DNA from: Flavipsychrobacter sp.
Lineage (GTDB): Bacteria; Bacteroidota; Bacteroidia; Chitinophagales; Chitinophagaceae
DNA: 64,000 nt
Reading direction: 5' to 3'
NCBI GenBank assembly: GCA_016786615.1
Contig: JAEUVX010000014.1
Location: forward strand, 167,334 to 231,333
In this document: positions 21,215 through 30,954 of the stretch, piece after piece
Position numbering within the stretch: the stretch's first letter is position 1
How the letters are laid out: each line of letters starts with the position of its first letter
Notes under the pieces: generated by a model
Databases searched by the model: none
What the model was told of the DNA's origin: nothing
The model's input: the letters and a program-made list of their open reading frames with translations, nothing else
Translations under genes and position numbers: made by a program

Positions 21215-23560
21215 ATGGCAAAAAACTTGCTGATAGTTGAGTCTCCGGCAAAGGCTAAAACGATTGAAAAAATACTTGGCGAAGATTTTGAAGTGAAGTC
21301 GTGTTATGGTCATATCCGCGATCTTGAGAAGGAGGATATGGGCATAGATATCAATAATGGTTTCAAGCCAAAGTATATCGTATCCGAAGACAAGGAGAAG
21401 GTTGTAAAAGAACTCAAATCACTTGCAAAGAAATCCGAAGAGGTTTGGTTAGCAACCGATGAGGACCGTGAGGGAGAGGCTATATCATGGCATTTATGCG
21501 AAGTATTGGGTTTAGACCCTGCTACCACCAAACGTATTGTATTTCACGAGATTACAAAACCTGCAATAAAGAAAGCGGTAGAAAAACCACGTACTGTAAA
21601 TATGAACCTGGTGAATGCGCAACAGGCGCGCCGGGTACTGGACCGTATCGTAGGTTTTGAGATTTCACCTATCCTGTGGCGTAAGATGAGTATGCGCAAC
21701 AATCTTTCTGCAGGGCGTGTACAATCGGTAGCAGTAAGGCTGATAGTGGAGCGCGAGCGTGAAATTACCAGGTTTAAAGCAGAGAGTAGTTTTAAAGTAG
21801 AGGCATTCTTTACTGCACCTGATATAAATAATAAGAAAGTAACATTTAAGGCAGAAGGCCCTGATAAAATGAAGGGTTCGGCAACTGCTAAAACATATTT
21901 AGAGCGTTGCATTAATGCAACTTATAAGGTGAACGATGTGCAGGTAAAACCGGGGAAAAAATCGCCGGCAGCACCATTTACTACATCTACCCTGCAACAG
22001 GAGGCCAGCCGCAAGCTCGGTTATTCTGTATCAAAAACAATGCTGATTGCCCAGAAATTGTATGAAAACGGGCATATCACCTATATGCGTACCGACTCTG
22101 TAAACCTGTCGGAAACTGCACAGGACAATATCCGCGGAGCAGTGATACAGCAGTATGGCGATAAATACTATCAGCAACGCAAGTTTCAGAATAAAAATGA
22201 ATCGGCGCAAGAGGCGCACGAAGCCATTCGCCCGACGGATATGAATACCACATCTGTAGGCGATGCAGATACGCAACGCCTCTACGACCTGGTATGGAAA
22301 CGTACTATGGCCAGCCAGATGGCAGATGCACAATTGGAACGTACCATTGCCAAAATAGGGGTATCGTCTCAGCCAGACCCATTAACAGCAACAGGTGAAG
22401 TAATACGATTTGATGGCTTTCTGAAAGTATATACAGAAAGTAAGGATGAGGAAGATGGCGAAGATGAAAATGAAGGAATGCTGCCCCCGCTAATGCCGGA
22501 ACAACCGCTTGACATTACTGAAATGCGTGCAACAGAACGGTTTACCCGCCCCGCACCACGTTATACAGAAGCCTCGCTGGTTAAAAAACTGGAAGAGCTG
22601 GGTATTGGCCGCCCTTCTACTTATGCACCTACCATTAGTACTGTGCAGCAACGCGGCTATGTAGAAAAACGTGAAAAGGAAGGTGTAAAACGTGAGTACG
22701 AAATACTGACGCTGAAAAACAACGAAATAACAGAAGTAAAGGAAATCGAAAATACAGGTGCCGAAAGAAATAAACTGTTCCCTACCGATTTGGGTATGGT
22801 TGTAACAGACTTCCTGAGCGAGCATTTTGACCGTATCATGGACTACAGCTTTACTGCGAAGATAGAGGCTGAGTTTGATGAAATAGCACAAGGCAAAGAA
22901 CAGTGGAATAAGATGATACAGGGCTTTTACCAGCCGTTTCATCAGTCTGTAGAGCATACTATGGAGCATGCCGGAAGGGCTAAAGGAGAACGTGAGTTAG
23001 GTACAGACCCGGTGAGCGGAAAACCCGTATATGCAAGGCTCGGCCGCTTTGGTCCGATGGTACAAATCGGTACAACTGAAGATGAAGAAAAGCCACGTTT
23101 TGCAAAACTGCGAACTAACCAGAGTATCGAAACTATTTCGATGGAAGAAGCGATGGAGCTTTTCAAACTGCCGCGTACACTTGGTGTGTTTGAAGGTGTT
23201 GATGTAGTTGTGAACATTGGCCGCTTCGGCCCATATGCGCAGCACGACGGTAAATTCTATTCATTGAAAAAAGAAATGGATCCGTACACTGTGGAGCTGG
23301 AAGAAGTAGCACCATTGATTGAAGAAAAACGTAAAGCAGCCGCTGAAAGTACCATCAAAATTTTCGAGAAGGAAAAAATAAAAATTTTGAAAGGCCCGTA
23401 TGGCCCATACATAAAGCAAGGGCTGCGAAACTATAAAATTCCAAAAGATAAATTGGAAACTGCTGCTAATCTGACGATAGAAGAAGTCAAAGCAATTATC
23501 GAAGAGATAAAAGCTAACCCGCCTAAAAAAACTGCAAGGGGTAAGAAAGGAAAATCATAA
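21215..23560 (+). CDS. topA: DNA topoisomerase I
   Basis: IVESPAKAK, ATDEDREGE, SAGRVQS, ITYMRTDS, GIGRPSTY motifs; C-terminal GRFGP/GPYG repeats and no zinc fingers. Confidence 0.97.
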   Translation: MAKNLLIVESPAKAKTIEKILGEDFEVKSCYGHIRDLEKEDMGIDINNGFKPKYIVSEDKEKVVKELKSLAKKSEEVWLATDEDREGEAISWHLCEVLGLDPATTKRIVFHEITKPAIKKAVEKPRTVNMNLVNAQQARRVLDRIVGFEISPILWRKMSMRNNLSAGRVQSVAVRLIVEREREITRFKAESSFKVEAFFTAPDINNKKVTFKAEGPDKMKGSATAKTYLERCINATYKVNDVQVKPGKKSPAAPFTTSTLQQEASRKLGYSVSKTMLIAQKLYENGHITYMRTDSVNLSETAQDNIRGAVIQQYGDKYYQQRKFQNKNESAQEAHEAIRPTDMNTTSVGDADTQRLYDLVWKRTMASQMADAQLERTIAKIGVSSQPDPLTATGEVIRFDGFLKVYTESKDEEDGEDENEGMLPPLMPEQPLDITEMRATERFTRPAPRYTEASLVKKLEELGIGRPSTYAPTISTVQQRGYVEKREKEGVKREYEILTLKNNEITEVKEIENTGAERNKLFPTDLGMVVTDFLSEHFDRIMDYSFTAKIEAEFDEIAQGKEQWNKMIQGFYQPFHQSVEHTMEHAGRAKGERELGTDPVSGKPVYARLGRFGPMVQIGTTEDEEKPRFAKLRTNQSIETISMEEAMELFKLPRTLGVFEGVDVVVNIGRFGPYAQHDGKFYSLKKEMDPYTVELEEVAPLIEEKRKAAAESTIKIFEKEKIKILKGPYGPYIKQGLRNYKIPKDKLETAANLTIEEVKAIIEEIKANPPKKTARGKKGKS

Positions 23561-23601
23561 AATTGGTGTAACTTAAGACTGGCAGAAAGGAATAATACTA
23601 C

Positions 23602-24477
23602 ATGCAGGCCAATAAAGAAATAAGGGCTTTATTGCAATTGATTGACGACCCCGATGATGAGGTCTTTGATACGGTTGCCGAAAAACTGCTTCATTATGGT
23701 AGGGAGATAATACCTAACCTGGAGCAGCTTTGGGAGGTGACTGCCGATGAAAGTGTGCAGGAACGCATTGAGTCCCTAATCCATCGTGTACACTTCAACG
23801 ATTTACAAAGCGAATTTCTGGAGTGGAGCCATTCTAAAAATCCTGAATTATTACGTGGTGCTATTTTGGTAGCCAAGTATCAATTCCCCGATTTAAATAT
23901 CCCTGCCATCCTTACACAGTTCGATCAGATACGCCGTAATATATGGCTGGAATTGAATAATTACCTTACACCGCTGGAACAGGTAAATGTATTCAACAGC
24001 ATACTATATAATTACTACAAGCTGCAGGGGCATGAGCTTACAGAGCGGGAACCGAAGTATTTCTTCATCAACCAGGTACTCGAAAGCAAGCAGGGAAACT
24101 CTTATTCATTAGGTGTGCTTTACCTGGCATTATGCGAATTGCTGGACATACCCATTTTTGCAATAGACCTGCCGCGCCAGTTTGTATTTGCTTACATAGA
24201 TACATTGCACCATTTCTACAAGCAGGATGATGATGCCGTGCAGCAGATACAGTTTTATGTTGATCCGTTGAATGGAATGGTATATACGCAAAAGGATGTA
24301 GATACTTATCTGCGTAAGATTAATGCCAATGATAAAGAATCTTATATAGCACCTTTACAATCAAAAAGGGTGATATGCAAAATGCTTGAAGAACTTGCAC
24401 TTTGTTATCGTTACAAGCGCGAAGATGCAAAGGCAGATGAAATACAGTCTTTGATAAATATTATCATCACAGAATAG
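23602..24477 (+). CDS. Transglutaminase-like (Transglut_core2/SirB1) family protein
   Basis: MQANKEIRALLQLIDDPD N-terminus, QVLESKQGN..SLGVLY and YVDPLN motifs. Confidence 0.7.
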   Translation: MQANKEIRALLQLIDDPDDEVFDTVAEKLLHYGREIIPNLEQLWEVTADESVQERIESLIHRVHFNDLQSEFLEWSHSKNPELLRGAILVAKYQFPDLNIPAILTQFDQIRRNIWLELNNYLTPLEQVNVFNSILYNYYKLQGHELTEREPKYFFINQVLESKQGNSYSLGVLYLALCELLDIPIFAIDLPRQFVFAYIDTLHHFYKQDDDAVQQIQFYVDPLNGMVYTQKDVDTYLRKINANDKESYIAPLQSKRVICKMLEELALCYRYKREDAKADEIQSLINIIITE

Positions 24478-24479
24478 CT

Positions 24480-25832
24480 TTACGCTTCTTCCTCCTCCTC
24501 GTTATTGATAGTAAGTTTTACGCGTTGTATGCGCATCTTATCAATATTCAGTACTGTAAAGTCAAAATATTTGTAGCTGATAGTTTCGTTTACCGCAGGA
24601 AACTTACCTGATATTTCCAGTATCAAACCTGCTAAAGAATCGCTCTCGCCACGTATATCTTCAAAAGTATCTGACGGCAATCCAATCATACGGGCAACGT
24701 CGTTAATGAGGGTTTTGCCTTCAAATATGTAATTGCTGTCATCAATCTTTTTAAAGTGCAGGTCGTCGTCATCAAATTCATCCTTAATGTCTCCGATGAT
24801 TTCTTCCATGATGTCTTCCAGTGTTACGATGCCGGAAGTTCCTCCAAACTCATCAACTACCACTGCAAAGTGTATGCGCTTTTGTTGAAACTCTTTCAAC
24901 AGGTCTTCAATTAGTTTGCCTTCATGTACAAAGAATGCAGGTCGCATCAGCGTGTGCCAGTCAAAATTGTCTTCCTCGGTATGTGGGAGAAAATCTTTGG
25001 TATGTATTACCCCGGCAACATTATCAAGGCTTTCTTTATACACCGGCATCCTTGAGTACCCAACTTCTATGGCCAGTTTCTGAACCTCAGGAAAGCTCAC
25101 TTCGTATGGAATACCGCTCACATCCATCCGGGTGCGCATTATCTGGCGTGCGGTGATATTGCCAAACTTCAATATGCCTTTGAAGATATTTACTTCTTCG
25201 CGTGTGGCGGTATGCCCTACAGTCAGCTCAATGGCATGTTCAAAATCTTCGTTGCTGATATTGTTTGCAGGTTTGCTGCCAAGTTTGGTTTCAATATAAT
25301 TTGTAGAAGATACCAGTAGATTACTAACTGGTTTGAATAGTTTATTCATGACATTGAGTACCGGTGCCGAGAATAAAGCCATCTTCAGGTTGTTCTGTGT
25401 GGCATATACTTTTGGCAATACCTCGCCAAACAGTACCAGTAAGAATGTAACTGCTACAACTTGTATCAGGAAAGAGAACATTACGCCGATGTTATCGGGC
25501 AATAGCTGGTTTACCAGCAGGTTGGTAGCAATAACAATGGCAATATTGATGAAATTGTTGGCGACAAGTATGGTGGCAAGCAATAGTTTAGGTTGTTCAA
25601 GCAGGTTCAGTGTTTGCCTGGCACTGGGTTCTTCTTTTATTTTCAGGTAGTTGATATCCTTTGCGGTAAGCGAAAAATAAGCCGTTTCTGCACCTGCTGT
25701 AATAGCAGTAAGCAAAAGCAGTACTAAAATGATAATTATGAGTATGGTGATATTAGTGGCAGAAAAAGCCTCGGTTGAGGCTTGCAGCAAAAATGGCAAT
25801 AATGTCGTATCTCCTTCGGATGAACTTTCCAA
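24480..25832 (-). CDS. gldE: Gliding motility-associated GldE / CNNM-CBS-CorC family protein
   Basis: CNNM TM region (FGEVLPK), CBS pair (YSRMPVY, VVDEFGGTSGIVTLED), CorC domain; mutY-ssb-gldE order. Confidence 0.8.
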   Translation of the reverse strand: MESSSEGDTTLLPFLLQASTEAFSATNITILIIIILVLLLLTAITAGAETAYFSLTAKDINYLKIKEEPSARQTLNLLEQPKLLLATILVANNFINIAIVIATNLLVNQLLPDNIGVMFSFLIQVVAVTFLLVLFGEVLPKVYATQNNLKMALFSAPVLNVMNKLFKPVSNLLVSSTNYIETKLGSKPANNISNEDFEHAIELTVGHTATREEVNIFKGILKFGNITARQIMRTRMDVSGIPYEVSFPEVQKLAIEVGYSRMPVYKESLDNVAGVIHTKDFLPHTEEDNFDWHTLMRPAFFVHEGKLIEDLLKEFQQKRIHFAVVVDEFGGTSGIVTLEDIMEEIIGDIKDEFDDDDLHFKKIDDSNYIFEGKTLINDVARMIGLPSDTFEDIRGESDSLAGLILEISGKFPAVNETISYKYFDFTVLNIDKMRIQRVKLTINNEEEEEA

Positions 25833-25919
25833 TGTGTCGTTGTTTGGTGACTCTTCAAAATTAAAAAAAGGAAAGAAATAAAAAACTTCTTTCCTTTTAT
25901 ATTAAAAATATTTTTGTTT

Positions 25920-26360
25920 TTAAAATGGCAAATCATCTTTCGTTGCCCCAATGTTAGGGTCGTAGCTGATGTCAGGTGCCGAAACATCCGTACTGTCGCC
26001 CGGAGTGTGCGGGAAATCACCGTTTTCTTTCCTTTTATCCAGCATTACAAGGTTATCGCCCACTATTTCGGTGCTGAAACGCCTGTTTTTATCCTTGTCT
26101 TCCCATGTACGGGTACGCAGGCGTCCTTCTATGAACACCAAACTGCCTTTGTGTAGGTATTTCTGTGCCAGTTCTGCAAGGCCGCGCCATAGTACAACGG
26201 TATGCCACTCTGTCTGGGAAACCAGATTGCCGTTTTTGTCCTTAAAAGTTTCGGTAGTAGCGAGAGGGAATTTTGCTACAGCTATATTTCCTTCCAAGTA
26301 TTGCAAGTCCGGGTCGCGTCCTAGATTACCAATCAACATGACTCTGTTAACGCCTCTCAT
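25920..26360 (-). CDS. ssb: Single-stranded DNA-binding protein
   Basis: VNRVMLIGNLGRDP, TEWH and C-terminal DDLPF. Confidence 0.96.
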   Translation of the reverse strand: MRGVNRVMLIGNLGRDPDLQYLEGNIAVAKFPLATTETFKDKNGNLVSQTEWHTVVLWRGLAELAQKYLHKGSLVFIEGRLRTRTWEDKDKNRRFSTEIVGDNLVMLDKRKENGDFPHTPGDSTDVSAPDISYDPNIGATKDDLPF

Positions 26361-26409
26361 AAATTACTTGTTGTTTATCAATTAGAAAAAATTGTAACCT
26401 TTCTAAGTA

Positions 26410-27483
26410 TTAAAAATAAAAATTTTTTTCTAAAAAAGAAACAATGGTCTTGGGGAATGCTAATTTTTTCAAGTCCTTGATGTACACCCATTTACCGTCC
26501 TCAAAAACAGCAGCATCGGGCTTGCCGATGGCTAAGGAGTAGAACTTTGAATGTATGGTTTGGTGTGTCAGTTGTTGCTTCATACCCTCGATAAGCGTGG
26601 GTTTGCCGTTGATGGCAAGAGCTTTGTATGCAGCAATTTTTTGCAACTCAACTATTCCCACAGGCTTATCTGTTTCTATCAGGTATAGTTCGTGCAGATT
26701 GTGCCATATATCCTTGCCTTCCCGTTTATGCACCCATATCCTGTCCTCGTTGGTCAGTAGCAGGTAGTTGAAATGGCGATCTTTTACCTTCAGCTTTTTA
26801 GCTCTTACTGGTAGCAAGGCTATCATATCCTGCTTGTATGCTATACATTGTTTTTGTAATGGGCAGCTATCGCATAGTGGCTTCTGTGGTGTACACACAG
26901 TAGCTCCAAGGTCCATAATGGCCTGATTGTAAGCAGCGCTGTCTTCTTTGTACAGTAATTCCTGTGCCAGACTGTGGAAAAGCTTTTTCCCTGCTGTACC
27001 ATCAGAAGGGGTATCAATGCCGAAGAACCGAGCCAGCACCCTGTAAACATTACCATCTACAACAGCATGGGGTAGTCCATAAGCAAAAGAGGCTATTGCA
27101 GCGGCAGTATATGGGCCTATACCTTTCAAGGCAATGATGCCTTCGTGTGTATCCGGAAACTTCCCGTTCAGCTCATTGCTGATGTAGCGGGCTGTTGCCA
27201 GCATATTGCGGCAACGGTTGTAGTAGCCAAGCCCCTGCCATATACGATACACATCCTCATCATTGGCCGCAGCCATTTTTCGGATGGTAGGGTAGGCTTT
27301 GGTAAAGTTGAGGTAATAGGGCAATCCCTGCTGTGCGCGGGTTTGCTGCAATATGATTTCAGATAGCCATATTTTATATGGGTCCTTTTCCGATTTCCAG
27401 GGCAATTGCCTGTTGTTATCGGTATGGTGCCAGTTTATCAGCTGTTTTGTGAAAAAACGTTTTTGTGCGTTCGGCGTCTCCAT
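26410..27483 (-). CDS. mutY: A/G-specific adenine glycosylase
   Basis: WLSEIILQQT, GLGYYNR, GIGPYTA, VDGNV and the 4Fe-4S motif C-x6-C-x2-C-x5-C. ATG 27483 is the likely start. Confidence 0.95.
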   Translation of the reverse strand: METPNAQKRFFTKQLINWHHTDNNRQLPWKSEKDPYKIWLSEIILQQTRAQQGLPYYLNFTKAYPTIRKMAAANDEDVYRIWQGLGYYNRCRNMLATARYISNELNGKFPDTHEGIIALKGIGPYTAAAIASFAYGLPHAVVDGNVYRVLARFFGIDTPSDGTAGKKLFHSLAQELLYKEDSAAYNQAIMDLGATVCTPQKPLCDSCPLQKQCIAYKQDMIALLPVRAKKLKVKDRHFNYLLLTNEDRIWVHKREGKDIWHNLHELYLIETDKPVGIVELQKIAAYKALAINGKPTLIEGMKQQLTHQTIHSKFYSLAIGKPDAAVFEDGKWVYIKDLKKLAFPKTIVSFLEKNFYF

Positions 27484-27549
27484 TCCACGCAATATACACA
27501 AGCCATCCCTCAGCCCGATTTTTTTGTTTTAAAACTGCGTTCTAAAGCC

Positions 27550-27557
27550 TACTTTTG
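27550..27557 (+). promoter_or_regulatory. -7 element upstream of transketolase
   Basis: TACTTTTG. Confidence 0.6.
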
Positions 27558-27577
27558 CGGCACAATTTCCTCAATTC

Positions 27578-28420
27578 ATGGAGCTGAATAAACTGAAAGA
27601 CATTGCCACACAGGTGCGCAGGGATATCGTAAGAATGGTACATGCGGTACAAAGCGGCCACCCGGGTGGTTCTTTGGGCTGTACAGAGTATATGGTAGCA
27701 TTGTATTTCCATATCATGAAGTATGATACCAACTTCAGCATGGATGGCAAGGGGGAAGATGTATTCTTCCTTTCAAACGGGCATATATCTCCTGTGTTCT
27801 ACAGCGTATTGTCTCGCGCAGGATATTTCCCTATCAGTGAACTGGCTACTTTCCGTAAACTGAACAGCCGCCTGCAGGGCCACCCAACTACACACGAGCA
27901 TCTGCCGGGTGTACGTATAGCAAGTGGTTCGCTGGGGCAGGGTATGAGCGTAGCCGCAGGTGCAGCCCTGACAAAAAAACTGAATGGTGATGACCGTATC
28001 GTTTACTCGCTGCACGGCGATGGTGAAATGCAGGAAGGCCAGAACTGGGAAGCTATCATGTTTGCTGCTCATCATAAAGTTGATAACCTGATTGCAACGA
28101 TAGATTACAACGGCCAGCAGATTGACGGGCCTACAGACAAAGTAATGAACCTAGGTTCGCTGCATGCGAAATTCGAAGCTTTCGGATGGCATGTTATAGA
28201 CCTGAAAGAGGGTAATGATATGGAGCAAGTAATAAAAACAATGGAAGCCGCTAAAGCTGCTACCGGTAAGGGTAAGCCTGTTTGTATAATGATGCACACT
28301 GCAATGGGCAAAGGTGTTGACTTCATGGAAGGTACGCACGAATGGCACGGTATTGCACCAAATGATGCACAATTAGAAAATGCACTCGGACAATTACCAT
28401 CAACAATCGGAGACTATTAA
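27578..28420 (+). CDS. Transketolase, N-terminal (TPP-binding) subunit
   Basis: SGHPGGSLG, SNGH, LQGHP, GSLGQG, GDGE and WHG motifs. Confidence 0.93.
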   Translation: MELNKLKDIATQVRRDIVRMVHAVQSGHPGGSLGCTEYMVALYFHIMKYDTNFSMDGKGEDVFFLSNGHISPVFYSVLSRAGYFPISELATFRKLNSRLQGHPTTHEHLPGVRIASGSLGQGMSVAAGAALTKKLNGDDRIVYSLHGDGEMQEGQNWEAIMFAAHHKVDNLIATIDYNGQQIDGPTDKVMNLGSLHAKFEAFGWHVIDLKEGNDMEQVIKTMEAAKAATGKGKPVCIMMHTAMGKGVDFMEGTHEWHGIAPNDAQLENALGQLPSTIGDY

Positions 28421-28448
28421 TCTGAAGTTATAATACATACATTCTTTA

Positions 28449-28481
28449 AAAAAGCGCACAACAAATTGTTATGCGCTTTTT
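28449..28481 (+). terminator. Intrinsic terminator after transketolase
   Basis: AAAAAGCGCAcAACAA / TTGTTaTGCGCTTTTT followed by a T-run. Confidence 0.75.
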
Positions 28482-28527
28482 CTTTTTGTAGCTATTCAGC
28501 TATACATTTAAGGTTAATTCAACCTAT

Positions 28528-28986
28528 ATGAAAAAAACTCTTGTAGCTGTTTTGGCAGTATTAGCCTGCAGTTCTTTAATCCTGACTTCCTGCAATAAAA
28601 AAGATGATGACATTGCCAAAGCGCAAACCAAAGCAGAAATGCTGACAGGTACATGGTATGTTACCCATTATGCAGATGATATGAATGGCAATAAATCATT
28701 GGATGAAGATGAAAAATACCTTATTGAAATGGATGTAGAACACATGATTACTTTTAATCCCGACTTTAAAGGAATTATCTCAGAGAATATTCAGGGTGAG
28801 GAACCTAATGCTATTATCTTTTCCTGGCATCTAACCAATGATGATAAAGATATCGTTATTAATAGGCCAGATTTTAAAGAAGAGGTGATAACGCATATTG
28901 AATCGCTAACAGCATCAGATTTTGTATTATTAGACGATGAAGATGCATCGGAAAGGTTTTGGATAATAATGAAAAAGAAACAGTAA
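28528..28986 (+). CDS. Lipocalin-like lipoprotein
   Basis: Lipobox LTSC, LTGTW motif, beta-barrel-like pattern. Confidence 0.65.
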   Translation: MKKTLVAVLAVLACSSLILTSCNKKDDDIAKAQTKAEMLTGTWYVTHYADDMNGNKSLDEDEKYLIEMDVEHMITFNPDFKGIISENIQGEEPNAIIFSWHLTNDDKDIVINRPDFKEEVITHIESLTASDFVLLDDEDASERFWIIMKKKQ

Positions 28987-29021
28987 AATAAAAGCCCCGT
29001 TTTAAACGGGGCTTTTATTTT
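28985..29021. terminator. Bidirectional terminator
   Basis: AAAATAAAAGCCCCGTTT-T-AAACGGGGCTTTTATTTT. Confidence 0.9.
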
Positions 29022-30163
29022 TATTGAGTAAGTATGTCTCTCGATATAACCAGTTTCTGTATTTCCGATGTACCCTCGCCGATAGTACACAGCTTGCTGT
29101 CTCGGTAGAATTTCTCAACCGGGAAGTCTTTGGTATAACCATAGCCACCAAATATCTGTACTGCATCTGTAGATACTTGTACGCATATTTCAGAAGCATA
29201 GTATTTAGCCATTGCAGATTCCTTAGTCATTTTCACACCACGGTTTTTCATATCTGCAGCCTGGTATATCAACATTTCTGCTACTTCAATCTTAGTAGCC
29301 ATATCTGCCAGTTTGAAGGCGATAGCCTGGAAGTTTGATATCGGTTGGTCGAACTGTTCGCGCTCTTTAGAATATTTCAACGCAGCTTCGTAAGCACCTT
29401 TTGCAATACCCAGAGACAATGCAGCGATAGAGATACGGCCACCATCCAGCACTTTCATAGCTTGTTTAAAGCCATCACCTATTTCGCCCAGACGTTGCGC
29501 ATCAGATATACGGCAGTTGTCAAAAATCAACTCTGCAGTTTCTGAAGCACGCATGCCCAGTTTGTTTTCTTTCTTACCTGCGTTGAAGCCCGGTGTGCCA
29601 CGTTCTACTACAAATGCTGTTACGTTGTTCTTAGCACGCGGTTCGCCTGTGCGCGCCAGTACCACGGCTACATTACCGCTGATACCGTGTGTAATCCAGT
29701 TCTTCGTACCATTCAGTATCCAGTCGTTGCCATCGCGGGTAGCTACGCAACGCATATTACCGGCATCGCTACCTGTATTAGCTTCTGTCAGGCCCCAAGC
29801 GCCTATCCATTCGCCGCTTGCCAGCTTTGGCAGGTATTTTTTCTTTTGCTCTTCGTTGCCGAAGTACAATATATGTCCTGTACAAAGAGAATTATGCGCT
29901 GCTACAGAAAGGCCTATAGAACTGCAAATCTTTGCAACTTCACTTACTACGGTTACATATTCAAAATAGCCCAGTCCGCTACCGCCATATTCTGCAGGTA
30001 CCAGCACGCCCATCAGGCCAAGTTCTCCCATTTTATGGAACAACTCAATAGGGAATTTCTGTGTTTCATCCCAATCCATCATATGTGGGCGGATGTTCTT
30101 ATTGCCAAAATCGCGAACCATTTCAGCGATTTGCATCTGGGTATCTGTATAATTGAAATCCAT
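29021..30163 (-). CDS. Acyl-CoA dehydrogenase
   Basis: WGLTEANTGSD, GTKNWIT, KLGMRAS, FGGYGY and IGEGTSEIQ motifs. Confidence 0.95.
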   Translation of the reverse strand: MDFNYTDTQMQIAEMVRDFGNKNIRPHMMDWDETQKFPIELFHKMGELGLMGVLVPAEYGGSGLGYFEYVTVVSEVAKICSSIGLSVAAHNSLCTGHILYFGNEEQKKKYLPKLASGEWIGAWGLTEANTGSDAGNMRCVATRDGNDWILNGTKNWITHGISGNVAVVLARTGEPRAKNNVTAFVVERGTPGFNAGKKENKLGMRASETAELIFDNCRISDAQRLGEIGDGFKQAMKVLDGGRISIAALSLGIAKGAYEAALKYSKEREQFDQPISNFQAIAFKLADMATKIEVAEMLIYQAADMKNRGVKMTKESAMAKYYASEICVQVSTDAVQIFGGYGYTKDFPVEKFYRDSKLCTIGEGTSEIQKLVISRDILTQ

Positions 30164-30291
30164 ATATTACGAGGTAAATCGAAGCGCAATTTTACGACTT
30201 TTTTCGCCAATCATCAATTCATAAAGGCTATTGCATCCGGTTTGCAGCAATAATCTACAAAAAAGCCAATACGTATTGGTGGTTTTTATAT

Positions 30292-30921
30292 TTATTCGAT
30301 GGTAAGACGGTCCTTCAGTGTGTTGAATGTAGTGTCTGAGAAATGATAGACATCCTTCAATTGTTCAATACTGGTATAGCTGCCAATCTCCTTTTTATAT
30401 TCCAGTATTTTATGTGCCAGTTTGGGGCCAATGCCGGGTAGTGCAACCAACGATGCAGAATCGGCAGTATTCAGGCTGATGAGGTTTATTTTAATCGTGA
30501 TGTATGGTGCCAATCGGTTATAATCAGCCTCATCAAGGGTATAGAGTGCTTTAAAGTCTTCTTTCTTATAAAAATGCTTGCCCTTGTTGCGCCAATTGAG
30601 AAATATAGAAATGGTTTTTTCGCTAAGCCCTAGTTGTTTTAATTGTGCAGGGCTTACAGTATTCGGGTCGAAAGCAAAGAGTTGTGGTGTGGCAATGCTT
30701 TCTGTAGTTGTTATGCGTTCGCTAATTGGTACGACCTTATTTTTATGTGCTTCCCATTTTGCGGCAAGTGCTTTTTGTGCAGCGTCATTAAAGTCAGGTT
30801 TTACCCATAAATGCATGGTAGCTTTGCAGACTATCAGCAATATGATAGCAATCAGCAGCACAGCGATACCCATACGTTCGGTACGTGTAAATGATGTATA
30901 GGCTGTTATCAGGCGTTTCAC
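30292..30921 (-). CDS. ComEA-like helix-hairpin-helix protein
   Basis: N-terminal TM; HhH repeats FDPNT and LNTAD..LPGIGPKLA. GTG start. Confidence 0.85.
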   Translation of the reverse strand: MKRLITAYTSFTRTERMGIAVLLIAIILLIVCKATMHLWVKPDFNDAAQKALAAKWEAHKNKVVPISERITTTESIATPQLFAFDPNTVSPAQLKQLGLSEKTISIFLNWRNKGKHFYKKEDFKALYTLDEADYNRLAPYITIKINLISLNTADSASLVALPGIGPKLAHKILEYKKEIGSYTSIEQLKDVYHFSDTTFNTLKDRLTIE

Positions 30922-30954
30922 AAAATGAAAATAGTAAAACCTTTATATTGCAAG

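Noticed and set aside
21215-23560. TopA lacking zinc fingers
   Set aside because: C-terminal repeat-type TopA is normal in this phylum.
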